A stretch of DNA of 64,000 bases from Candidatus Acidiferrum sp. (GTDB lineage Bacteria; Chloroflexota; Dormibacteria; CF-121). How positions within the stretch are numbered: the first letter of the stretch is position 1; every line of letters begins with the position of its first letter. Positions 27,832 through 35,676 of this stretch are shown here, piece by piece. The notes beneath the pieces are model-generated. The model made no database searches. It saw only the letters and a program-made list of their open reading frames with translations, and was not told the DNA's origin. A program made the translations under genes and the position numbers. Location: contig DATNMH010000052.1 in NCBI GenBank assembly GCA_035602395.1, positions 2,829 through 66,828 of the forward strand. The letters are read 5' to 3'.

Positions 27832-28166
27832 TGCCAGACCAGCCCCCGAAAACCAGCCGCTCCTATCCCGACATCCTCAAACTCAACCAGGAGCTGGTGC
27901 GCAACCTCCAGGGCTTGAATGACGAGGACGAGGCGCGCAAGAAGGAGCTCGAGCAGCTCAAGGTCGCCCACGACCAGGCGAAGGCCGAGATCGCCCGCCT
28001 ACAGGAAGAGCTTCGCCACTCGACCGAACGCGAGGCCGCCCGGCAGGAGGAGCTTCGCCAGCTGGAGCAGGAACGGGTGGACCAGCTGGGTGCGATGGAT
28101 GCCCACCTCAACGCGATGCATTCGGCGGTGGAGCGCTACCTGCAGCAGGGTCGGAAGGCGGCCTGA
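27831..28166 (+). CDS. small coiled-coil protein, N-terminal paralog of the next gene
   Basis: 111 aa with heptad-rich sequence. TGATG start/stop overlaps at both ends. Confidence 0.65.
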   Translation: MPDQPPKTSRSYPDILKLNQELVRNLQGLNDEDEARKKELEQLKVAHDQAKAEIARLQEELRHSTEREAARQEELRQLEQERVDQLGAMDAHLNAMHSAVERYLQQGRKAA

Positions 28167-30613
28167 TGAGTCCGGAGCCATCCAAGGCGAAATCGTTCGC
28201 CGACATCCTGCAGCAGAACCAGGAGTTCATCGCGCACCTCCAGACGCTGCAGGAAGACATCGCCACGCAGCTGGAAGAAAAGGCTAAGGAACTGGCGATG
28301 GTGAAACGCCAGCTGGCGGCCAAGCAGCAAGAGACCGACGAGCTGCAGAATTCGCAGCTCCAGTGGGCCATCGACCGCCAGGCCCTTCTCGATCAGCACG
28401 AAGCCCTCAAACAGGGACACCAGGACCTGCAGCAGAGCCACGACCGCGGCCAGGTCGAGCTCGGGCGGCTCAAGGATGACGTCGCCCGCGCCAAGGCGCG
28501 CGATGAGGAGCGCCGCAGCCAGCTCCGACAGCTGGAGCAGGAGCGCATGCAGATCACGCAGAAATTCGAGGCCGACCAGAAGAAGATCCGGGCCGACCTG
28601 AAGTCCGCGCAGGACGATCTCGACAGCCTGCAGTCGGCCCAGCTCCAGTGGGCCATGGATCGCGAAACGCTGCTGAAAGATCGAGACACCGTGGTCGCCA
28701 AGCAGGCGCAACTGGAGCAGGATTGGCAGAAGGGCCGCGCCGACCTCACCCTGGACAAGGTCCGCTTGACGGAACTTACGACCCAGCTGCAGCAGCAGTT
28801 GAAGGCCGTCCAGGCCGAGCTCGAGCCGATCAAGGCGGCCCGCGACAAGTGGCAGGCGGAGCGGCAGCGGCTGATCGCCGACGTGGCGCGGCTGGAGCAG
28901 GGCGGGCAGGAAGCCGAGGCCCAGTTCAAGGCCGACCGCCGGCTCCTGCAGGGACAGCTCGAGGAAGCCCGCAAGAAGGGGGCCGATCTCGACAAAGCCG
29001 AGGCGGAGTTCCAGCGGGTCAGCGACGAGCGCTCGGCGCTGCTGAGCAAGGTCAAGGCCCTGGAAAAGGACTGGCAAATTCGCGAGTCGTCGGTCGCCGA
29101 GGAAAAGGCGGGGTTGAAGAAGCAGGCCGGCGACGCCACCGCCAAGCTTGCAGCCGTGCTGCAGGACGCCGAGAAGCTCAAGGCGCTCCACGCCGACCTC
29201 GCCGGTGAGACGAGCCGCAAAGCGGAGGAATGGACCGCCCGAGAGCAGCGACTGACCTCCGAAAAGAACCAGCTCAAGGTCGACCTGGAGCGGGTGCAGG
29301 CGCAGCTCTCCGACATGATGTCGCAGACCAACGAGCTGCACAGTGAGCGGGCGAAGGAAGCTAAGGAACTGGACGAAGCCTGGAAACGGGAAAAGGCGTC
29401 GCTCAAAGCCCAGCTCGAGGAGGCCCGCAAGGCGGCCGGGAGCGGGCCGCCCACCAGCCAGGTGCTCGCCCGCTACGAAGCCGAGAAGCGCGCCATGCAG
29501 GCGCAGCTGGACAGCGTGCGCAACGACCTGGCCGCGAGCGGCAAACACAAGGACACGGCACCGGCGTTGGCCCAGGCGAAGCGCGACTTCGAGGCCAAGT
29601 TCCGCGTCATCTACGACCAGAGCCACGACCTCAACTCACCGCTCAACGCGATCCTGGGCTTCAGCGAGATCCTGCTCGACGAAAAGGCCAACAAGACGAC
29701 GCCCGAAGAACGGCGCGAGTTCGTCGCTCACATCAACGAGAGCGGCAAGCGGCTCGTCGAACATATCCGCGAGCTGATCGAGTTCGCCAAGCAGGAAGCC
29801 GGCATCCAGGAGCGCCCGGTGCAGATGGTACCGCCGGTCGGGGCCGGGACCAAGCCGCCCGTCATCCTGGTTGCCGACAACGACCCGGCGGTCAAGGAGC
29901 GGATCGAGCCCTTCCTCAGCCACGCCGGTTACGAAGTCGTGATCGCCGCCAGCGCCCAGGAGGCGCTGCGCAAGGCCGTCCAACTGCAGCCGCTCGCGGT
30001 CCTCATCGACACCCAGCTGCCGCCCAACGGCGGAAGCGGACTCGTCTATGACCTGCGGCGCGAATCGAAAACCAAGGACATCCCGATCGTGTTGACCTCC
30101 AAGGTCAACAAGGAATCGCTCGCCTTCGACATTGGCCAGGCCGACTTCCTGACCAAGCCGATCGACCGTCAGCAGCTGCTGCAGATGATGGTGAAGTTCG
30201 ACCTGCTGGCCGACGGCAAGCGGGGCAAAAAGACCCCGTCCTCCATCCTGATCGTGGACGACGACCCGCAGAACATCCGCTTGATCAAGGCGATGCTGAA
30301 ACCGTTCAACATCGAGGTCATGGTCGCCGACGGCGGCAAGGCCGGCGTCGAAATGGCCCTGAAGAAGAAGCCCGATCTCATCATCCTCGACCTGATGATG
30401 CCGGACGTCGATGGCTTCGAGGTTGTCTCCAAACTCAAAGAGGACCCCGCGGCGAGCCAGATCCCCATCCTTATCTATACGGCCAAAAACATCACCAGCG
30501 AGGACCGCGAGCGCCTGCAGGGGAACATCCAGTCGATCATCCAGAAAGGGGACTTTGGCAAAGACCGCTTCCTCGAGATGATCAACAACCTCCAGATCAG
30601 CCAGGCCGCCTAG
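28166..30613 (+). CDS. coiled-coil / DHp (HisKA-like, no ATPase domain) / REC / REC protein
   Basis: 815 aa: about 480 aa of coiled coil, then H-box SHDLNSPLNAILGFSEILL (His codon 29624-29626). No N/G boxes. Two receivers follow (AVLIDTQLP; LIILDLMMPDVDG). Confidence 0.85.
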   Translation: MSPEPSKAKSFADILQQNQEFIAHLQTLQEDIATQLEEKAKELAMVKRQLAAKQQETDELQNSQLQWAIDRQALLDQHEALKQGHQDLQQSHDRGQVELGRLKDDVARAKARDEERRSQLRQLEQERMQITQKFEADQKKIRADLKSAQDDLDSLQSAQLQWAMDRETLLKDRDTVVAKQAQLEQDWQKGRADLTLDKVRLTELTTQLQQQLKAVQAELEPIKAARDKWQAERQRLIADVARLEQGGQEAEAQFKADRRLLQGQLEEARKKGADLDKAEAEFQRVSDERSALLSKVKALEKDWQIRESSVAEEKAGLKKQAGDATAKLAAVLQDAEKLKALHADLAGETSRKAEEWTAREQRLTSEKNQLKVDLERVQAQLSDMMSQTNELHSERAKEAKELDEAWKREKASLKAQLEEARKAAGSGPPTSQVLARYEAEKRAMQAQLDSVRNDLAASGKHKDTAPALAQAKRDFEAKFRVIYDQSHDLNSPLNAILGFSEILLDEKANKTTPEERREFVAHINESGKRLVEHIRELIEFAKQEAGIQERPVQMVPPVGAGTKPPVILVADNDPAVKERIEPFLSHAGYEVVIAASAQEALRKAVQLQPLAVLIDTQLPPNGGSGLVYDLRRESKTKDIPIVLTSKVNKESLAFDIGQADFLTKPIDRQQLLQMMVKFDLLADGKRGKKTPSSILIVDDDPQNIRLIKAMLKPFNIEVMVADGGKAGVEMALKKKPDLIILDLMMPDVDGFEVVSKLKEDPAASQIPILIYTAKNITSEDRERLQGNIQSIIQKGDFGKDRFLEMINNLQISQAA

Positions 30614-30628
30614 GACCGGGGGGCCGGC

Positions 30629-32893
30629 ATGACTGCCCTCGATCGCCAGCTCGTCCGACTCCGCTTCGCCGCGCTCGCGATTCCATTTGGCCTGCTCCTC
30701 TGGCTGCCTTCGGCGTCAGTCGCGATCACGATCGTGCTCGCCGGACTGATGGCCGCCTACAACGGCATCGCGTTGCTCGCGATCCGCAGGCGGGCCGCCC
30801 CGCGTTTCGCCCGCCCGATGGCGGTCCTGCTGCTGGTTCTCGACCACGCCGTCATCAGCGCCTGGATCCTGCTCTTCGCCGGTCCATCCTCGAGCCTTCC
30901 GTACCTGCTCTATGCGCTGGTTGCGGCCGAAGCCGTCTTTCGCTTCGAGCTCTGGGGTGGGATCGGGACCAGCCTCTTTTTCACCAGCGGCGTCATCCTC
31001 TTCCAGACCAGCGACCTGGGCCTCGCCATCTCGGTCCGCGACTCGGTGCTCCGCGCCATCCCGACGGTGGTCGTTATCACCGGCTTGGGCGCCGCGGTGC
31101 GCGCGATGAACACCGAGATTCGTGGCACGCGACGGCGGCTCGATCAGACAGAACAATTGCGCAATGTGCTGGGCGAGCTGGTCGGACAGCTCGACGTCTC
31201 ACGGATGCTCAACACCGTGATCCGGTGCGGCATGGAGCTGCTCCAGATGGATTCCGGCGCCATCGTCCTCCTGGATGAAGATCGCGGCGTCTTCACCTTG
31301 CGCGCCGCGGTCCGTCTGCCGGGGGCTGTCGAAGGGTCAGCTATCTCGGCGGCGGACGGCATCGTTGGCCGAGTCGTGCGGGAGAAGCGCTTCGTCATGC
31401 TGGTCGAGCCTCCGCTCTTCGACCTCAATGCCCTCAACGCGGCCGGCTACGCGCGCGCCTTCGGCTCCCCCGTGGTGCTGGAAGGCAAGGTCTTCGGCGT
31501 GCTGCACCTCCAGACCCACGATGACCAGCGACGCCTGACGCGATGGGAAGAGGAGGCGCTGGAGGTCCTCTCGCAGCAGCTGGCAGTGGCGCTTCGCAAC
31601 GTCCGTCTCTTCGAGGAAAGCGAGAAGCGCGCCCGGCGGCTCGAGCTCCTCAACCAATCGATCGACCAGATGAATCAGAAGCTCTTCGAGCCCGAGCTAC
31701 TGGACGTGGTCGCGACCGCCCTCACCGGTAACCTCGGGTTCGCCGCGGCGCAGGTCTGGCTGCTCGAGCCAAGCGACGGCGCCCTCTGGCGGCGTGCCAG
31801 CCACCACACCACCGCCGAGCCGCCGCCCGTCTCCGGACGGGTCGAGCGTGGGATGAGCGAGATCGGCCAGGTCGCCGAACTGCGGGTGCCGATCGTGACC
31901 AACGACCCTGCCAACCATCGCCAGGTTGGCCTCAGTCCGTGGATGACCGAGGAGGGCATCCAGGCCTTCGCGGGCTTTCCGCTGGTCGTCGGCGAGCAAC
32001 TGCTGGGCGTGCTCGCCGTCTATCACCGGCGCCCGCTCGACCGCAACACGATCGAGCTGTTGACCCTGTTCGCGCAGCACGCCGCCACCGCGATCCAGGA
32101 AGCGCACCTCTTTCACCTCGCCACCGAACAAACGGCGCGGCTCACCGCGCTCAACGTCGAGCTGCAGCGCGCCAATCAACACAAGGCGGAGTTCCTCGCC
32201 AACATGAGCCATGAGCTGCGCACGCCGCTCAACTCGATCCTCGGGTTCTCGCAGTTGCTGCTCGAAGGTGACGGCGGCGTCCTGACCGGCGATCAGCGGC
32301 AGGACGTCGACATCATTGCCCAGAATGGACAACACCTGCTGGCGCTGATCAACGACCTGCTCGATATCTCGAAGCTGGAGGCGGGCAAAGCGCAGCTCCA
32401 TCGCGGCGAGGTCGAGGTCGAGCCGCTGATCTCGGAGTGTGTCGAGAGCGTCCGGTCCCTGGCCAAAACCAAAAAGCTCGATCTGAGCGCGAGCGTCTCG
32501 CCCGAGGTGGGCCGCGTCTTCGCCGACGGCCCCAAGCTCAAGCAGGTCCTGCTGAACCTGCTCGGCAATGCCATCAAGTTCACCGAGACCGGCAGCGTCC
32601 GCGTCACGGCCGAACGTCAAGGCGCCGAGTTGCGCGTCAGCGTGCGCGACACCGGCATCGGCGTCCCCGTTGAGGACACCGAGCGGATCTTCGAGAGCTT
32701 TCAGCAGGGCAAGAGCGGCATCAGCGGCAAATACCAGGGCACCGGCCTGGGCCTGGCGATCTCTCGCCAGCTGGTGGAAATGCACGGCGGCCGCATCTGG
32801 GTGAAGAGTGCAGCCGGCCAGGGCAGCACGTTCACCTTCACCATTCCTCAGCGGGCCGTCCCCGACGCGATCGACCTGTCGAGCGCGGCGTAA
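30629..32893 (+). CDS. polytopic membrane GAF-GAF sensor histidine kinase
   Basis: About 6 TM helices, two GAF regions, SHELRTPLN, and HATPase boxes (GNAIKFT, DTGIGV, GTGLGLA). Confidence 0.9.
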   Translation: MTALDRQLVRLRFAALAIPFGLLLWLPSASVAITIVLAGLMAAYNGIALLAIRRRAAPRFARPMAVLLLVLDHAVISAWILLFAGPSSSLPYLLYALVAAEAVFRFELWGGIGTSLFFTSGVILFQTSDLGLAISVRDSVLRAIPTVVVITGLGAAVRAMNTEIRGTRRRLDQTEQLRNVLGELVGQLDVSRMLNTVIRCGMELLQMDSGAIVLLDEDRGVFTLRAAVRLPGAVEGSAISAADGIVGRVVREKRFVMLVEPPLFDLNALNAAGYARAFGSPVVLEGKVFGVLHLQTHDDQRRLTRWEEEALEVLSQQLAVALRNVRLFEESEKRARRLELLNQSIDQMNQKLFEPELLDVVATALTGNLGFAAAQVWLLEPSDGALWRRASHHTTAEPPPVSGRVERGMSEIGQVAELRVPIVTNDPANHRQVGLSPWMTEEGIQAFAGFPLVVGEQLLGVLAVYHRRPLDRNTIELLTLFAQHAATAIQEAHLFHLATEQTARLTALNVELQRANQHKAEFLANMSHELRTPLNSILGFSQLLLEGDGGVLTGDQRQDVDIIAQNGQHLLALINDLLDISKLEAGKAQLHRGEVEVEPLISECVESVRSLAKTKKLDLSASVSPEVGRVFADGPKLKQVLLNLLGNAIKFTETGSVRVTAERQGAELRVSVRDTGIGVPVEDTERIFESFQQGKSGISGKYQGTGLGLAISRQLVEMHGGRIWVKSAAGQGSTFTFTIPQRAVPDAIDLSSAA

Positions 32894-32901
32894 CGGCTCC
32901 G

Positions 32902-33495
32902 CTAACCGAGGAGACCCGTGATCAGGGCGATCGCGACCAGCACCATGACGCCGGCGGCCGCGAACTGTAGCGGGCGCTCGGGGATCCACGCGCCGAGGCG
33001 GTTTCCCAGGGCCACCGCGATCGCCGACACCGACCACAGGGCGAGGGTCGCGGCCGTGAAAACGATGACGGGTTCGCGATAGCGCGCCTGGAAGGCCGCC
33101 GTCGCCAGTTGCGAAAGGTCGCCCCACTCGGCGACAAAGACCACCATGAATGCCGTCAGAAACGGACGCCGATAGCGGGCTTCCTCGCGTTCGACCTCGA
33201 CGGCCTCCTTGGCCTCGACCTTCTTGAGGTTTTGCCGGATCAGCAGCGCGGCCATCGCGAGAAAGAGAATGCCGGCGCCGATGCGCACGGGCTCACGAGG
33301 AAGCAACGCGAAGATCGACCCGGCGATGACCGCAACCAGGCTCTGGACCAGGAACGCGGCGGCCGCGCCAGTGAACACGGGTATCGGGCGATGCCGTGTG
33401 GCCAGCAACAGCGCCGCCACCGCCGTCTTGTCTGGCAGCTCGATCAGGAAGATGACGAGAAAGACAGTGAGCCCAAGACCCAGCGCGTGAGTCAC
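32902..33495 (-). CDS. TMEM165/GDT1 (UPF0016) family cation transporter
   Basis: Two E-x-G-D-(KT/LS) motifs (ELPDKT, EWGDLSQ) in a 6-TM protein. GTG start. Confidence 0.85.
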   Translation of the reverse strand: MTHALGLGLTVFLVIFLIELPDKTAVAALLLATRHRPIPVFTGAAAAFLVQSLVAVIAGSIFALLPREPVRIGAGILFLAMAALLIRQNLKKVEAKEAVEVEREEARYRRPFLTAFMVVFVAEWGDLSQLATAAFQARYREPVIVFTAATLALWSVSAIAVALGNRLGAWIPERPLQFAAAGVMVLVAIALITGLLG

Positions 33496-33530
33496 GGGAG
33501 GAGTGTAGCGGCGCTAGCACCGCCGCTGGC

Positions 33531-33599
33531 TTAATGGATCCAGAGCGGGAAGGAGAGGATGAAGACGAGAACGCCGAGACCCAGGGTGCGCATGCTCAT
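33531..33599 (-). CDS. candidate 22-aa hydrophobic peptide translationally coupled to the response regulator
   Basis: ATGA overlap with the regulator stop (33596-33599). Sequence MSMRTLGLGVLVFILSFPLWIH forms a single TM helix. Confidence 0.3.
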   Translation of the reverse strand: MSMRTLGLGVLVFILSFPLWIH

Positions 33600-34462
33600 C
33601 CCGCCATCGCCAGTGGCTCTTGTCCGGCCGGGTAGTTGACCTTGGCGCTGAAGCGGTAGCCGACGCCACGCTTGGTTTGGATGTAGACGGGTTTGCTGGG
33701 GTTGGGCTCGATCTTGCTGCGCAGGCGCGAGATGTGCACGCGCAGGCCCTCTTCGTAGGCTTCCTCGTCGCCGGCCCATGCCTTGGCCAGGAGGGTCTCG
33801 TTGGTGACGACCCGGCCGGCGTTGCGGACGAGGAGGAACAGCAGCTTGGACTCAGTCGGCGTCAGGGTCACCTGCTGGCCTTTGACGCGAGCCCAGTGCT
33901 GGACGAAGTTGATCTGCAGATCCTGGTCGATGACGACTTCCGGCTGCTCGACGCCGGCGGACTCGCCGTAGCGGCGCAGCACGCGCTGCACGCGGGCGAC
34001 CAGCTCTTCTTTCTCGAAGGGCTTGACGATGTAGTCCTCGGCGTACATTTGCAGGCCCTCGACCTTGCTCTCCACCGCCGCGACCGCGCTGAGGATGACG
34101 ATCGGGACATCGAGGTGGCTCTTGATGCGGCGGCAGAGTTCGAAGCCGTCCATCTCCGGCATCATCAGATCGACGACGACCAGGTGCGGGATTCCCTCGT
34201 GGAGTTTGCGCAGCGCCTCGGGACCACTGCCGGCGGTCATGACCTCGTAGCCCGCGTGCTCGAGGATGCGCTTCAGGATCTCGCGCGCCATCGCATCGTC
34301 GTCGACGATTAGAATCCGGTACCGGTTGACGATGTTAAACCCCTCTCTTCCGGCGGCCAGTGCGCGTCGCGCTGCCGACCGGCCACCATGGATTTGGACC
34401 TGCGGCTGCTGGCTCAGGTCCGACTGGAGAGCCGGCAAAGGTATATGGCCCTCGTCATGCAT
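33596..34462 (-). CDS. OmpR/PhoB family response regulator
   Basis: REC (ILIVDDD...VVVDLMMPEMDG...KPF) plus winged helix (LTPTESKLLFLL...IQTKRGVGYRF). The start is uncertain: ATG 34462 gives a 43-aa extension, and the alternative is ATC 34333. Confidence 0.9.
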   Translation of the reverse strand: MHDEGHIPLPALQSDLSQQPQVQIHGGRSAARRALAAGREGFNIVNRYRILIVDDDAMAREILKRILEHAGYEVMTAGSGPEALRKLHEGIPHLVVVDLMMPEMDGFELCRRIKSHLDVPIVILSAVAAVESKVEGLQMYAEDYIVKPFEKEELVARVQRVLRRYGESAGVEQPEVVIDQDLQINFVQHWARVKGQQVTLTPTESKLLFLLVRNAGRVVTNETLLAKAWAGDEEAYEEGLRVHISRLRSKIEPNPSKPVYIQTKRGVGYRFSAKVNYPAGQEPLAMAG

Positions 34463-34605
34463 TTCCTTACGATTCCTCTTTACGATGTGATGACTCTTGT
34501 CGCGTCAGGGTCACATCAGAAGCGGGTGGGCCCGGACTCGGTCTCACCTTAGAGAGGCTGGCTTACGGCGCTTGTTACAGAAACGTGGTTGGTTGCGACG
34601 GGACC

Positions 34606-34638
34606 AAAAAAAGGGCGCGAGCGGTGCCTCTCGCGCCC
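34606..34638 (-). terminator. orphan rho-independent terminator (minus strand)
   Basis: 9-bp stem GGGCGCGAG/CUCGCGCCC with an 8-nt loop, followed on the minus strand by U7. There is no minus-strand gene upstream of it. Confidence 0.65.
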
Positions 34639-34729
34639 CCGTGGGGCAAGCCTATGGCGAGCCCGGCGGGGATGAATCGGTCGGTCGGCCCATCAGGGCG
34701 GGCTGAGCGGCTAAAATTCTGTGGCCCTA

Positions 34730-34813
34730 GCCCGGGTGGTGAAACTGGTAGACACGCAGCTTTGAGGGGGCTGTGAGCGCAAGCTTGTAAGGGTTCAAAT
34801 CCCTTCCCGGGCA
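34730..34813 (+). tRNA. tRNA-Leu (anticodon GAG), class II with long variable arm
   Basis: Hand-folded. Acceptor GCCCGGG/CCCGGGC, D-loop AAACTGGTAGA, anticodon loop TTGAGGG, variable arm GAGC-GCAA-GCTT, T-arm AAGGG-TTCAAAT-CCCTT, discriminator A. No encoded CCA. Confidence 0.95.
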
Positions 34814-34827
34814 GAGCCCTTACCCAC

Positions 34828-35346
34828 GTGAGCCTGAGCACGCTTTACCTGCGGCTGCGTTACCGGCGGCACCGCTTCGGTCCGGGCTTCGAAGGACCGT
34901 GGCGGCTCCGTATCCGCGGCCCGGGCCGGGTCACCTTCGGCCGTGATGTCCGGGTGCGCAACGCCTCCGGTCGGACCGCGCTGCTGACCTTTGCGCCGGA
35001 TGCGCGGATCGACATCGGCGATCGGGTGGAAATCGACGGCGCTGGGCTGATGGCCGCCAGCGTCATCGACGTGGGCGACGAGGCGATCATCGGGCCGTGC
35101 CTGGTGGTGGACACCGATTTTCACTCAGTGGGTCCGGCTCGCCGCCAGGAGGGCGCGGCCGTCACCCGACGACCGATCCGCATCGGACGCTCCGCCTGGG
35201 TCCAGGGGAAGGCCACCATCCTCAAAGGGGTATCGGTGGGGGAGGGGGCCGTGGTTCGGTGGGGTGCGCTGGTGGCAGCGGACGTCGCGCCGGGCGCAGT
35301 GGTGATGGGAAATCCGGCCGTGGAAGTGAGCCGCGCTAGATCGTGA
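34828..35346 (+). CDS. hexapeptide-repeat (LbH) acyltransferase
   Basis: Left-handed beta-helix repeats (IGRSAWVQGKATILKGVSVGEGAVVRWGALV). Confidence 0.8.
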   Translation: MSLSTLYLRLRYRRHRFGPGFEGPWRLRIRGPGRVTFGRDVRVRNASGRTALLTFAPDARIDIGDRVEIDGAGLMAASVIDVGDEAIIGPCLVVDTDFHSVGPARRQEGAAVTRRPIRIGRSAWVQGKATILKGVSVGEGAVVRWGALVAADVAPGAVVMGNPAVEVSRARS

Positions 35347-35349
35347 GGC

Positions 35350-35538
35350 TCAGGCGCCGACGACGGCGCCCTGGATGTTGCAGTAGGTGTTCCGGACCTG
35401 GTTGCCGAGGACGATCAGCGTGACGAGGATAACGATGACCACCAGGCACATGATGAGCGAGTACTCGACCAGCGCCTGGCCGCGTTCGCCGTCCCAGCCC
35501 ATCAGGGCCCGGATCCGTGAGGCGAGGATGGTGATCAT
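35350..35538 (-). CDS. Flp family type IVb pilin
   Basis: 62 aa with the Flp motif GQALVEYSLIMCLVVIVILV after a short leader. Confidence 0.8.
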   Translation of the reverse strand: MITILASRIRALMGWDGERGQALVEYSLIMCLVVIVILVTLIVLGNQVRNTYCNIQGAVVGA

Positions 35539-35676
35539 TGCTTGCTCTTACTCGGCTTTGCGATCGCCGCTTTTTCGAGTATGAGGGTTATAACGAGGCA
35601 CCGGCCAGCGAACAGACGGGTCGTGCCGCAATCGTGGCGGGATTGTGACCGATGCCGGCGACCCGACCGGAATCGG

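Noticed and set aside
28136-29626. 496-aa minus-strand ORF (and the nested ORF 28393..29454) antisense to the coiled-coil gene
   Set aside because: Shadow ORF typical of high-GC DNA. Its translation is low-complexity Leu/Gly/Arg-rich. The plus strand carries recognisable DHp/REC domains and operon-style start/stop overlaps.
31697-33127. Long antisense ORFs here and at 2944..4056(+), 3978..5186(-), 42002..43228(-), 45071..46510(-), 58584..59803(-) and 60564..62021(-)
   Set aside because: Each lies opposite a gene with unambiguous family motifs (kinase, M20, TrpB2, YloV, RecG, SMC, FtsY/Ffh). Their translations are Arg/Pro/Gly-rich with no motifs.
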